The notes under the pieces are model-generated. The model worked only from the letters and a program-made list of their open reading frames with translations. It searched no databases and was not told where the DNA came from. A stretch of 63,282 nucleotides of DNA, counting the filler, from Octopus bimaculoides (lineage: Eukaryota), in NCBI RefSeq assembly GCF_001194135.2. It is 8 parts of 8 records of this genome, joined end to end, with 100 filler letters (N's around TTAATTAATTAA, not from the genome) between each part and the next. Parts side by side here need not be neighbours in the genome. Positions count along the whole stretch, not along the records: positions 46,075 to 54,270 come from NW_026340023.1; positions 54,371 to 58,239 come from NC_068995.1; positions 58,340 to 60,720 come from NC_068990.1; positions 60,821 to 63,282 come from NC_068994.1; 4 more parts are not named here. One strand, 5' to 3'. A program made the position numbers and the translations under genes. Shown piece by piece: positions 49,085 through 61,214 of the stretch; the first letter of the stretch is position 1, and every line of letters begins with the position of its first letter.

Positions 49085-50260
49085 GCGTTCATGTTCGTGT
49101 ATGTCTGTTTGTGTGAATGCGTGCGTTCTTGTTCGTATGTGTGATTGCATATGGTGTAAGGGAGAGAACTCTGTCATAGTTCACGTGTGTGTGGGTGTGT
49201 GTGAATGCGTGCGTTCATGTTCGTGCATGTGTGAATGGATGCATTCATGTTCGTGTATGTGTGTTTGTGTGAATGCGTGCGTTCATGTTCGTATGTGTGA
49301 TTGCATATGGTGTAAGAGAGGCAACTGTCATAGTTAACGTGTGTGTGTGTAAATGCGTGCGTTCATGTTCGTGTATATGTGAATACGTGCGTTCATGTTC
49401 GTATGTGTGAATGCATATGGAGTAAGAGAGGCAACTCTGTCATAGTTAACGTGTGTGTGAGTGTGTGTGTGTGAATGCGTGCGTTCATGTTCGTGTATGT
49501 GTGTTTGTGTGAATGCGTGCGTTCTTGTTCGTATGTGTGATTGCATATGGTGTAAGGGAGAGAATTCTGTCATAGTTAACGTGTGTGTGTGTGTGTGAAT
49601 GCGTCCGTTCATGTTCGTGCATGTGTGAATGCATGCGTTCATGTTCGTGCATGTGTGAATGCATGCGTTCATGTTCGTGTATGTGTGTTAGTGTGAATGC
49701 GTGCGTTCATGTTCGTATGTGTGAATGCATATGGTGTAAGGGAGAGAACTCTGTCATAGTTAACGTGTGTGTGTGTGTGAATGCGTTCGTTCATATTCAT
49801 GCATGTGAGAATGCATGCGCTCATGTTCGTGCATGTGTCAGTACGTGCGTTCATGTTCGTGTATGTGTGTTTGTGTGAATGCGTGCGTTCTTGTTCGTAT
49901 GTGTGAATGCATACAATGTAAGGGAGACAACTCTGTCATAGTGAACGTGTGTGTGTGTGTGTGTGGGTGAATGCGTCCGTTCATGTTCGTGCATGTGTGA
50001 ATGCATGCGTTCATGTTCGTGTATGTGTGAATACATGCGTTCATGTTCATGTATGTGTGTTTGTGTGAATGCGTGCGTTCATGTTCGTATGTGTGAATGC
50101 ATATGGTGTAAGGGAGACAACACTGTCATAGTTAACGTGTGCGTGTGTGTGTTTGTGAATGCGTGCGTTCATGTTCGTGTATGTGTGAATACGTGCGTTC
50201 ATGTGTGTGTTTGTGTCAATGCGTGTGTGCACCTGTGTGTGTGTGTAAGTAATTGAACGG
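46075..50260. repeat. ~4.2-kb composite satellite: ~37-bp core + (GT)n + variable copies of a ~22-bp submotif
   Basis: About 28 visible cores GCATATGGTGTAAGGGAGACAACTCTGTCATAGTTAAC, separated by (GT)n and GTGAATGCGTGCGTTCATGTTCGT repeats. Confidence 0.95.
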
Positions 50261-50341
50261 GTGACTCTGTGTGTATGTGTGTGTATGTGTGTGTGAAGCA
50301 GACACAGAAGAGAAAGGGAGAGAGTGGATCGGAATTGTGAA

Positions 50342-50372
<31 letters not shown>

Positions 50373-50419
50373 GACAGAGACAGACAGAGAGTGTATGTGT
50401 GTGTATGCATGTTTGTGTA

Positions 50420-50586
50420 TATATAAAGCACCCAGTGCCACTCTGTAAAGTGGTTGCCATGAGGAAGGGCATCCAGCCATGCAAACCATGCTACAAGAGA
50501 CGACTGGAGTCTAGCCAGCTCTGGCTGAGTAGCTCCTGTCAAACCATCCTACCCATGTGTGATGATTTTCTCAGAGATGAAGCTAC
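50420..50586 (+). mobile_element. SINE/LINE 3' fragment with RTE-type tail
   Basis: GGAAGGGCATCCAGCC...AAACCATGC...CTCCTGTCAAACCATCCTACCCATG. Degraded relatives at 7935-7985 (minus) and 63110-63282. Confidence 0.6.
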
Positions 50587-50907
50587 NNNNNNNNNNNNNN
50601 NNNNNNNNNNNNNNNNNNNNNNNNNNNNNNNNNNNNNNNNNNNNNNNNNNNNNNNNNNNNNNNNNNNNNNNNNNNNNNNNNNNNNNNNNNNNNNNNNNNN
50701 NNNNNNNNNNNNNNNNNNNNNNNNNNNNNNNNNNNNNNNNNNNNNNNNNNNNNNNNNNNNNNNNNNNNNNNNNNNNNNNNNNNNNNNNNNNNNNNNNNNN
50801 NNNNNNNNNNNNNNNNNNNNNNNNNNNNNNNNNNNNNNNNNNNNNNNNNNNNNNNNNNNNNNNNNNNNNNNNNNNNNNNNNNNNNNNNNNNNNNNNNNNN
50901 NNNNNNN

Positions 50908-51225
50908 GCGTGTGTGAGGGTGTGTTAAAGGCAAAATGAAAAGCAAATTGTGTGATGCTGGTGTACAAACAACTATGCTACATGACAACTATGCTACATG
51001 ACAACTATGCTACATGACAACTATGCTACATGAAAACTATGCTACATGGGTTGTGACGATTGAGGGCATGTGAAGGCTTGAAAGAAACGAAACCAGTAAT
51101 GCTTCACTGGATGGATAATGTCAGTGTGCACATATGAGAGGGTGTAAGTGAAAAACTGGGCATCTGGGGTACCAGATGTTGTGTGCAAGAAGGAAGACTG
51201 CACTGGTTTGGTCTTGTGAGGATCA
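50908..51225 (+). mobile_element. RTE-clade LINE fragment containing a 5x16-bp tandem amplification
   Basis: KLCDAGVQTTMLH...RLERNETS.MLHWM.NVSVH...LHWFGLVR matches the RTE post-RT region. Confidence 0.7.
50969..51048. repeat. Minisatellite (ACAACTATGCTACATG)x5
   Basis: Four perfect units and one with a single C>A change. Confidence 0.95.
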
Positions 51226-51313
51226 ATAAAAATTCTGATAAAAAGTTCTATGAAAGAAGTAATAATAATAAGTCAAAGTATTACAAAACACAGTAAAAAC
51301 AACAACAGCCATA

Positions 51314-51354
<41 letters not shown>

Positions 51355-51454
51355 AATAATAATAATAATAAAAACAATATAACAAATGGCGAATATAAGA
51401 CAAAAAAGAATAAATATACAAGCAAAACATGTAAGAAGAACACCCCTAGTTATC

Positions 51455-51720
51455 CATCCAGTGTTTTAAATCCTGGTTTTGTCCCCGTTAATAGGGGTGG
51501 CTGAATCTACCTGAATGCCATAGCAACCACCCTCACACCATCTCGCCCTGTTTTGGGCGTCCTCCCTTCTTAAGCCAACCGTCCCAATCTCCTCCTCCAC
51601 CTTTTCCTTGGTCTACCTCACTTTCACTGTCCATTCACCTCAGGCTCAAGCACCCTCCTCAACATTGACCCATACCACTGCACTCCCTCCGCCCTTGTTA
51701 GCCGTTCCACCAATTCCTCC
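51455..51720 (-). mobile_element. RTE-clade LINE extreme 3' end
   Basis: Minus strand ends ...GIQVDSATPINGDKTRI, like the RTE C-terminal ATPVYGDKP motif, followed by AAT/GAT-rich sequence. Confidence 0.55.
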
Positions 51721-53189
51721 AAGCCCAGCATCCCCCATCAAGTCCTCAGTAACTCCCAGTATAAATAAACAGTAATTTCTATAAAATTAGACCTAACAAT
51801 AACAAATTAGCATGGACATTCTACGATTACTTTATTCGGTGGTAAATAAATATTTTCCTAACTGTAGCAAGTATCCTAAAATCTTCAACTTGCATTTAGT
51901 AAGAATTCAAAGAACATGGCACAAATAATAGCAGCAGAAACTACAGAAAGATTAAATTATTTCTACAAAAAGCAAATTCACTTTTACGTAACAGTAATAG
52001 CGACCTACAGCAGTATAACTTTTACCTTCTAAGAAAATGTCCAGTATTTTTTGCCTTCTCATCATAACCTTTTTCTGGCGCTCAGGTTCACTGCCAGAAA
52101 TCTTAGAAGGAGTAGGGCGTTTGGGCAGCATCTTAGGGCTTTAATAACACACTGCAAAAAACACAGCACTCAACACAAAACTGGAGATAGGTATTGGCGC
52201 ATTCCCCCGCACCCCCAAAAAACTTTTTTAGAATTTTCATTGCATCTAATATGCGCATACCACCAATGGAAGACTGAGCAGAGATTAAAAATAATTATGG
52301 TTTTGAAAAATTTAGTTTCTATTACAACTAGATACAGTAATCTATACTATAATAAAGGAGAGAGGGACTAGCAAGGGTTTTTATACAGATCCACACCCGG
52401 TGGAAAAAATTGGAAAAAAAATAGTGTAGTAGTTGAAGGGCACCATATATGAAATAAATATGAAGGAAAAAATGCGCACTGGCAAACTGGTGGGTGGGGA
52501 GAGTGCTTGGAAAATTCACACAACCCGAGCACTAAATCTCAACGTCTGGTCACAGGAGTGAAACAGATATCATCTAATACCTTAACCCTATCTAGGGTTA
52601 GGGTTAGAGTATTAGATGAAGTTAGGGTTAGAGTATTAGATGAAGTTAGCGACGATTTTTACAAAATGCGCTGCTAGACTGCATGCTAATTAGCAAGCTT
52701 TGATTGAAAGCAGGAATAAGGGATACACGATAGAGTGTAGTTGTATCTAAAAGACAAATCAAGCCAAGTGATGGACAGCTATTCTAGTCAGAAGAATCTT
52801 CAACTGCAAATATGGTATATTATTATTATTATTATTAATAGTTTAGCCTTACGAAGTGTGAAAAAGTATATATTGCCACGAAAATACCATCAAAAATCGC
52901 GGACAATATTTACGATTCACCAAATAAGCGGGGGTACACTATATACATATATATACACTATATACATCTATAAAACATATATATATATACTATATACATA
53001 TATAAAACATATATATACACTAGATTGATAGATAGATACATGGGTAGAAAGACCCCCGAAAGAAACAGCAAAGAAGACAACGAAAGTTGGATTTGAAATC
53101 CGGTGGGTGAAGGGAAATGACAACGTATGGCACATTGGAAAACCGAGTTTGTGAGGGGGTGGGTGGATGAAGGTGTTCGTGTCAAGTTG

Positions 53190-53530
53190 TGTGATAAGAA
53201 GCTTGTTTACCAACTACATGGTTCTGGGTTCAATCCGACTGCGTGGCACCTTGGGCAAATTGTCTTCTATTATGATCCAGGGTCGACCAGAGGTTTTTGA
53301 GGGGATTTGGGAGACAGAAACAGAAAGAAGCCTGTCGTGTGTGTGTGACTGTCGTCATACACCGTTTGACAAGCGGTGTCGTTTTGTTTACGTTCCTCTA
53401 ACTTAATGGTTTTGGCAAAAGGCATCAACAGATTAAGTACCAGACCTTAAAAGAATAAATTATCGGGGTTCATTCTTCTGACGAGAACCTTTCAATGCGA
53501 TGATCTAACATAGTAGCTGTTATGTATTGT
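53190..53530 (+). mobile_element. Diverged SINE family A
   Basis: GGTTCAATCC...GCACCTTGGGCAAA...GAAAGAAGCCTGTCG...TAAGTACCAG. Confidence 0.75.
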
Positions 53531-53689
53531 TTTGGTTCGTGTTGGGATAATAAGCAACTCGCTGAAGGCACATACGGATGCACATACGCACATAATAGAG
53601 AAAAATGAAACAATTATGGACGACTTTCTCCGAAACACCGCCGAGTGGGGAACACTTCTCAAAAATAACCTGCAGTTGTTTCCTGCAAA

Positions 53690-53793
53690 ATTCCTACATG
53701 CTCGAAATGTACATACATCAAGGCATATTTGTAGAAAATTTCACGAAAAAATATTCATTTTTCTCAAAGTTATGACCTTCCAAAGTCGGGGGG
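53690..53793. repeat. Inverted homologue of the 6497-6600 repeat
   Basis: GTAGAAAATTTCACGAAAAAATATTCATTTTTCTCAAAGTTATGA...AAAGTCGGGGGG. Confidence 0.6.
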
Positions 53794-53820
53794 CGGGGTA
53801 GAACTTTGTAGTTTTGCCAT

Positions 53821-53914
53821 CTTGGGTCAGTGTGTCTTCTACTATTATAGCCACGGGCCGACCAAAGCCTTGTGAGTAGATTTGGTTGACGGAAACTGAA
53901 AGAAGCCCGTCGTG

Positions 53915-53973
<59 letters not shown>

Positions 53974-54160
53974 CTGTGTTTGTCCCCCCATCATCGCTTG
54001 ACAACCGATGGTGGTGTGTTTATGTTCCCGTAACCTAGCGGTTCGGGAAAAGAGACCGATAGAATAAGTACTAGGCTTCCAAAGAATAAGTCCTGGGGTC
54101 GATTTTCTCGACTAAAGGCGGTGCTCCAGCACGGCCGCAGTGAAAAGAGTAAAAGAATAG
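53821..54160 (+). mobile_element. 5'-truncated SINE family A
   Basis: GGCCGACCAAAGCCTTGTGAG...(TA)n(TG)n...GGCGGTGCTCCAGCACGGCCGCAG. Confidence 0.85.
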
Positions 54161-54370
54161 ACAGAATATATACAAAATTTATCGAAAAATTAGCTACTTT
54201 GCATGTTAGAGTTGTCTGCCCTGAACGTAATTGGCTACGAAGCGACATCAGTTCTTTCTTGGATTTCATTNNNNNNNNNNNNNNNNNNNNNNNNNNNNNN
54301 NNNNNNNNNNNNNNTTAATTAATTAANNNNNNNNNNNNNNNNNNNNNNNNNNNNNNNNNNNNNNNNNNNN

Positions 54371-54408
<38 letters not shown>

Positions 54409-55134
54409 TATATATATGTATGTATATTATCATGAGTGATAGTGAGAGATATAATGTGTGAGAAAGAAAGAGAAAAGTGTAGAGAGGGAGGTTTCTATGA
54501 AGTGGTAACAGAAAAAGACAATGGTGTTATTTGAGTCGGGTGAGCAGTAGTTAGAGAGTTAATTAATTATGTCAACAAAGTGAATTAGAACTATCAATAA
54601 TGGCAATTAAGGATATCAACACAAGAAATCAATACCAATAACGAAGTGTAATGTTATTGAGAAGAAGTTCCTATTTTGGGGCTAGTGCGGCCATTATTTC
54701 TTCTCATCCAATATATCAAAAATTGTAGCAAAGAATATAATAAAATAAATATAAAAAATAAAAAGATATAAAGAAGAAAAATAAAAGAGACAGAGAAGAT
54801 GGGTGTCTCATTTAATCACTTTTTGTTTGCTTGATCAATTATTTTTCTCTCAGCTCAGGTATCTCGAGTTGTTGCTATTACCGGCGTTGTTGTTGTTGTT
54901 GTTGCTGTTGTCCATAGTGATGGTGTTGCAGATTTGTTAGTGTTTCCGTTATTAACGTTGTAGTGTTTTTTTTGTTTCTTTTCATTGCTGTTGTTATTAT
55001 TGTTGCTTGTGTTTTTTTATGGCATTGTTCTTAGTCTTGCAGTTGTTGTTGGAGTGTTTGTTGCTTTATTTTTGTGTTGTTGTTGTTGCTGTTGAGTATA
55101 ACACAGAAGCTGTTTCAGATCTTGTATCCGTTTA

Positions 55135-55505
55135 TCTTTTGTTTGTTTCAATCATTAGATTGCGGCCATGCTGGGGCACTGCCTTGCATAATTTCAGCTG
55201 AACAAATCTATTTCTTTGTTATTTTAAAGCCTGGTACTATTCTATCGGGCTCTTCTTTTCATTCCGCTAAGTTTAGTAGTCGTAATCACACCAAAACGGT
55301 TTGTCAATTGGTGAAGGTCGACAAACACCGACACACATACATGCACACACGCACAAACACACACAAACATACACACGTTCGCACACACGCATGTATACAC
55401 ACACGTACACACATGCACGCATGCACACACGCACACACGTACACACACGCATGAACGAACTTATGTACGTCAGACTTCTTTCAGTTTCCGTCTACGAAAT
55501 CCAGT
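55135..55505 (-). mobile_element. Diverged SINE family A
   Basis: GCGGCCATGCTGGGGCAC...GACAAACAC (CA)n ...CTTCTTTCAGTTTCCGTCTAC. Confidence 0.65.
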
Positions 55506-56224
55506 TTGGCATATTGTAAAAAACTATTTTAAAGTGAAAATGACTAAAATTATGGTAAATATTTCGTAAAAAGACCCGTTCGTAACCTCGGTGTCAAATA
55601 ATTTTTTCCCATGGGTTATTTGGCTGCTATTTCTAGCAAGTGCTGCTACCACATAACAGCTATTTGCAATAAAAGAACGAGGGCAAACACAAAGGCGTAC
55701 ACAAATATACTCACCAACAAACACACACACATACACACACACAGGCACACACATTCACACGCACACCTACACATACATACCTACACACACACACACACAC
55801 ATATACATATATGTATGTATGTATGTATGTATGTATACGTGTGTGTGTGTGTGTGTGTGCGTACGTGTTTGTGGTCGCATTCGCAAATAATGCATACGAG
55901 TTGTGGTTTCATTGCGTTCTCGTCAATTAACTATTGTTCTTTGCTATTGTATCAGTTAAGAGTTGAAATCCCATCGAGGTAAACCTTGTCTTTCATCTTT
56001 TCAGAGTCGATAAAATAATATACTAATCAAGTTCAGGGATCGAATGATATCGATTTATCGCACAACACCCATCCACCATCTCTAAAAAAAAATTATTGTT
56101 TGGTTCCTAAATTACTAAAAATCTGCGTTTAGCTATCGAGGTCAGGCGATGACGAATTTGCATTTCATATTTTCGGTTGTCGTAATCGACAAGCTACATC
56201 TGAATTTCAGTTCTTCTCCTTGAT

Positions 56225-56400
56225 AGAAACCTTAGCATGTCGGACAAAATGCTTAGTGGTATTGCGTCGGTGTTTACGTTCTGAGTTCAAATTCAGCCCA
56301 GCTCAAATTGTCTTACATTTTTTCGGGGTCGATAAAATAATTACCAGTCGCGAACTTAGGTCGGCGTGACTTAGGTACCGTCCACAAAATTTCAGATTTT
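56225..56400 (+). mobile_element. SINE family B
   Basis: TTAGCATGTCGGACAAAATGCTTAG...GAGTTCAAATTC...TTTCGGGGTCGATAAAATAA. A further decayed copy lies at ~55900-56030. Confidence 0.75.
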
Positions 56401-56424
56401 GAGTGAGAGAGCAGCGCACGTCAT

Positions 56425-56970
56425 CAAAGTGACACTGGGGTACACGTATACGAAGCCCAATAAACCTATCATGACAACACGTCTAATAAGCATACACCAG
56501 GCACATGCATCACAACCATATATGCGTGACATTGTGATCTCATATCAAGATAAACAGCGCATCAGTTTGTAGATGGGACCTAGTTAGATTTTTCTTCCGA
56601 GCAAGAAATATCTGTTTTTAGAGGTAAATTATTCAAACCCCAAAGAATTCCCCTCAACAGATAGCCATGATGATCCCACATTTCTCCTACTCGTGATCAG
56701 AGATGCGCATATCGTTTGTCATTAAGGATATATTCATATAGTTAAGGAAAAAAAAAAAAAAACTGAAAGCAAGTCTGTAGTACAGAGCAGAATATTTACT
56801 GCCGCCCATCATCTTTTTTTTTTTTTTTTAAGTTTCAGCTTAGAGCTGCGGCCATGCTGATGCATCCAGACAAAATATATTCATTGTAACATTTGCGATT
56901 AGAAGCCATGAGATTAGAAGTTAAGATTAGAAGCCAGGAGAGTCACTACCTGTTATTACATCAGGGCGTT
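56425..56970. repeat. Unclassified ~550-bp interspersed repeat (inverted relative to 38868-39410, internally deleted)
   Basis: CATCAAAGTGACACTGGGG...CATCACAACCATATATG...ATTAGAAGCC...CATCAGGG. Confidence 0.8.
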
Positions 56971-56974
56971 TCAT

Positions 56975-57236
56975 TTTCTTCTTTCACTTCTTCTTCTTCC
57001 TTTTCTTCTTCTACTTCTTCTTCTTCTTCTTCTTCTTCTTTCTCTTCTTCTTTCTCTTCTTCTTCTTGTGCTTTCTCTTCTTCTTCGTTTTCTTCTTCTC
57101 CTTCTTCTTCTTCTTTCTCTTCTTCTTCTTCTTTCTCTTCTTCTTCTTCTTCTTCTTCTTCTTCTTCTTCTTCTCCTTTTTCTCCTTTTTCTGCTTCTCC
57201 TCCTCCCCTTCTCCTCTTCCCCCTGTCCCTCCTTCG

Positions 57237-57292
<56 letters not shown>
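56975..57292. repeat. (TTC)n-rich tract followed by (TAT)n
   Basis: Direct reading. Confidence 0.95.
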
Positions 57293-57293
<1 letters not shown>

Positions 57294-57725
57294 TGTGAGC
57301 ACGGGCATGTATTATCGTTATAACCCTAGTCATATTTCCTTACATCGTCCACATCAATTACGCCCTTAAATCTCGCTCAGATTGAATCAAGCGTTCTTCC
57401 CACGAGTTCCATATATTAAATCACTTGTCAAGCATGACCCTGCACTTAATGAAAGCTACTCAGCAAACCAAAAAATTAAAATTTATTGCAATTGAATTTC
57501 TGTCAGAAATCATAGAAACCGAAATAGCCATTTTTATTGGACGGTCTTATTCTCATGGCACATTTGTGAGGGTGTAGGCTTTTGTTCCGGTTATTTACCC
57601 TCTCAGCTCAAATGCCGCCGAGATCGACATCTTTTTCATCATTCTGTGGTCTATAAAATATAGTAACTGCCAAGCATATACGTGAATTTAATTGACTGAG
57701 CTCTCCGTGTACATATATATGCATA

Positions 57726-57771
<46 letters not shown>

Positions 57772-58086
57772 CATATGCATGTATATCTATATCCATCTAT
57801 TTTTCTATATACATATATATATATATANNNNNNNNNNTCCAAAAAAAAAAAAAACCTCGATCGAATAACACCGTTTACAAGACTTTCTGCTTGGAATGAC
57901 CAATTATAAACATCATTGGAACTCACACACAGTGTATAGGAAACTTATATATACATCATTCTGCTAAAATAATGGAACTGCAAATACAATATCCTCACGT
58001 ATATCACGTCTGTTTTCATTCCTCTACTTCACTCTGTATTTCATATCTTCTCTATAATAACTGTTACTTAAATATTTTCTCGCACC

Positions 58087-58134
58087 GTCTCTGATGAAGT
58101 GATATATAAAATATCCCGGAAACAGCTGTAAGAC
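58087..58134 (+). ncRNA. Minimal type I hammerhead ribozyme (Penelope-type, palindromic helix III)
   Basis: Helix I GTCT(58087-90)/AGAC(58131-34); core CTGATGA 58091-97; helix II G-x-GATAT/ATATC-x-C with ATAAA loop; GAAA 58119-22; helix III palindrome ACAGCTGT; cleavage triplet GTA ending at 58130. Confidence 0.7.
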
Positions 58135-58339
58135 CTTCTTTTTATAAATGATTTCAAAACTATTCACTGCCTTGGATTTTTTATATCTCATTCTGTTAAT
58201 TTTGTATATATAATGCATATATATATATATATATATATANNNNNNNNNNNNNNNNNNNNNNNNNNNNNNNNNNNNNNNNNNNNTTAATTAATTAANNNNN
58301 NNNNNNNNNNNNNNNNNNNNNNNNNNNNNNNNNNNNNNN

Positions 58340-58374
<35 letters not shown>

Positions 58375-58697
58375 TCTTTTATTTATTTCAGTCATTTGCA
58401 GCTATACTGGAGCACAGCTTTTAGTCGAACAAATCGACCCCAGAACTTATTCTTTGTAAGCCTACTACTTATTCTATCCTTCTCTTTTTGACGAACCGCT
58501 ACGTTATGGGGACGTAAACACACCACCATCGGTTATCAAGCGATGGTGGGGGACAAACGCACACACATACGACGGGCTTCTTTCAGTTTCCGTCTACCAA
58601 ATCCTCTCATAAGGCTTTAGCTGGCCCGTGGTTCCACGCAATGAGACTGAACCCGGAACCATGTGGTTGGTAAGCAAGCTACTTGCCACACAGCTAC
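58375..58697 (-). mobile_element. SINE family A, internally deleted
   Basis: Reverse complement of the head (CCACACAGC...CAAGCTACTT...GAACCCGGAACC) and of the right half. Confidence 0.85.
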
Positions 58698-60324
58698 TAA
58701 GAATAGTAAGGGTTTAGGTCACTGATGATCATCTAAATCAGAGGTTCTTATCCCATTTTCGCCACCTCACTCTAGAAAATATTTTTATTTTTCAATATAC
58801 TACTTATTTTGATATCAGCATATTATGATTAAAAAATAAAGGACATCATTTTACATATGCGCTTGTACGCAGTCGGGTGTAGAGATGTACAAACTGAAAT
58901 GCAAAAAAAAAAAAAAGAAAACGAAATAATGAATTGAAAGTTTGGTAATTTCGTTTATTTTCACCACGCGACACTTATGAAATCAACGTGTTGTCTAACG
59001 AAAAGTGCTCTTTGGTACAAGTAAATGCCGATGAAATCGTTTCAAACCTTTCCAATTTCCCATATCAAAACAGCTAGAATTTGTGCAATAAGTTATTGTC
59101 ATCCGGGAAGAGGATTTTTTATGCTCAAGAAAGACAGTGTATTTGATACAAATTGTTGAAATNNNNNNNNNNAAAAAAAAAAAAGAAAACGAAATAATGA
59201 ATTGAAAGTTTGGTAATTTCGTTTATTTTCACCACGCGACACTTATGAAATCAACGTGTTGTCTAACGAAAAGTGCTCTTTGGTACAAGTAAATGCCGAT
59301 GAAATCGTTTCAAACCTTTCCAATTTCCCATATCAAAACAGCTAGAATTTGTGCAATAAGTTATTGTCATCCGGGAAGAGGATTTTTTATGCTCAAGAAA
59401 GACAGTGTATTTGATACAAATTGTTGAAATACATATGTACTTCATATGAGTAGCAAATTGTGGAGGATGATATTCACTGAACTTGGATCATGTTAGTTTG
59501 AGTAACAAAATCAGCCCCCTTTTAAAATGACTTTAAAAAATCTGAAAATTTGTGATATTAAACATTCATTTCTTATTCAGGATCTAGTTTGTTTCATTCA
59601 CAAAATCTGCATCTTTTAAAAGGAAGTAAAAAATCTGTAAATTGGTTATCTTGATGCAGTTTTCCACGCTTATTCCTATGAAACCATGAACTTCTGGAGA
59701 AAAGATTTGACGCACACAATTTTTTTTTTTTTAATTCGTGTTTTTAAAATAAGGACAGTCTGAATCTACCATTGATTCTCTTTATAGTTTCCAAATAGTT
59801 TTTTAAATACTTCAAAATCAAAATTGCGTAAATATGTGTGCCACAAACAGTAGTTAAGAAATAAGGAAATAGAATTTTGGGAGATCTCTTATTATGACTG
59901 ACTTTTATTCCATTATTCTAATATCTTCTGAAACTTATACATATACATGTATAAATGTATACAGAAACATACAAATATATACACACTTACATTTTTACCG
60001 AGTTAGTTTTATACACATTCTTGTATATATATATATATATATATTTCGGCATATCTACACAATTGTGCCCCAAAGATTTGTTTCTTCATAACCTTGAGAA
60101 AATTAAATATTTCTTTTTCTACAAATAAGATTCAGATCATGTAGATTCTGATTAAACTGGAATTCATTGTGAAAACTGTTTGTCCCTAAAGGAGTTTTAG
60201 AAAATTTACACCATTTGTTGAATATAGATATGTATATATACGTAGGTGTATACGTAGTGTTTTAATTATATCTTTATACACGTACATACACACATAAAAA
60301 ACTGGTACACCGTCGGTTACGACA

Positions 60325-60540
60325 ATCACAAGTATCCAAAACTTCCTCACCACTCTTCCAACTTCATTTTCCCTCTTAAAAAGAAGGCTTTCATCTACTT
60401 GGACTATATGTCGTACCATTGCAGGGTTGTCTGTCTGTTGATATTGCTGATGGACATGCAGCATGTCACTGGCATTTCACATATAAAGTCCGGGATTATG
60501 TGAAAAAGTGTGAAGACCGTCAATTGACTTTCTTCCATAA
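60325..60540 (-). mobile_element. Merlin (IS1595/ISXO2-like) transposase remnant
   Basis: Minus strand IVQVDESLLFKRENEVGRVVRKFWIL matches V(E/Q)IDESxFxKRKYNxGRxxxxxWV. In another frame upstream, INRQTTLQWY resembles the preceding helix. Confidence 0.55.
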
Positions 60541-61214
60541 AAGTGTTAAAAAATTATTTGAAAATTATAAAGAGAAATGAAAGGTAGATTCAGACTGTCT
60601 GTATTTTAAAACCACGAATTTAAAAAAAATTGGGTGGTGGTGTGTGAGATTTTTCTTGTTGCCTAATCATATCAATTCCATTATGCCGAAGACAGAATCG
60701 AAAAAATTTTCCCCATATATNNNNNNNNNNNNNNNNNNNNNNNNNNNNNNNNNNNNNNNNNNNNTTAATTAATTAANNNNNNNNNNNNNNNNNNNNNNNN
60801 NNNNNNNNNNNNNNNNNNNNATATATACCCGGAGATAAATTATTTTACTCTGTCTTAGCAATACTTTGAAAGGTTCGGTCTCATTCTTTCAATTTTTGTA
60901 CCATCAAGAATCGGTTACACTCTTTGTCTACATTAATATCCTTCTTGCTCACGGTGCGTAGATTTTATCGTGTGTTATCCTTGACATCACGTGCTAGGCT
61001 TGTATACTTGCATTAAAACTTATCCTGACAACAGCCTTTGATGAGGACACAATGAACTCGCTTCATTTAATTACGCCAAAAGGAAACAATCACAAATTAT
61101 TACGCACAACCTCTGCATATAAACCCATATTTCCGAAATTTCACATTTGCTACAAATGAACGTTTCATAACTTCTGACGATATTTTATGCTGACCACACA
61201 TCTATAACATGGCC

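Noticed and set aside
46075-50260. His-rich (minus) and Cys/Val-rich (plus) ORFs, and a CRISPR-like repeat/spacer look
   Set aside because: These are translations of (GT)n-based satellite DNA with frequent frame breaks. The spacers are themselves repetitive, there are no cas genes, and the context is eukaryotic.
58905-59430. Exact ~260-bp tandem duplication and a short ORF with an NWKGLKRFHRH motif (hAT TTF-finger-like)
   Set aside because: The duplication straddles a 10-N gap (artefact). The peptide resemblance is too short and unsupported.
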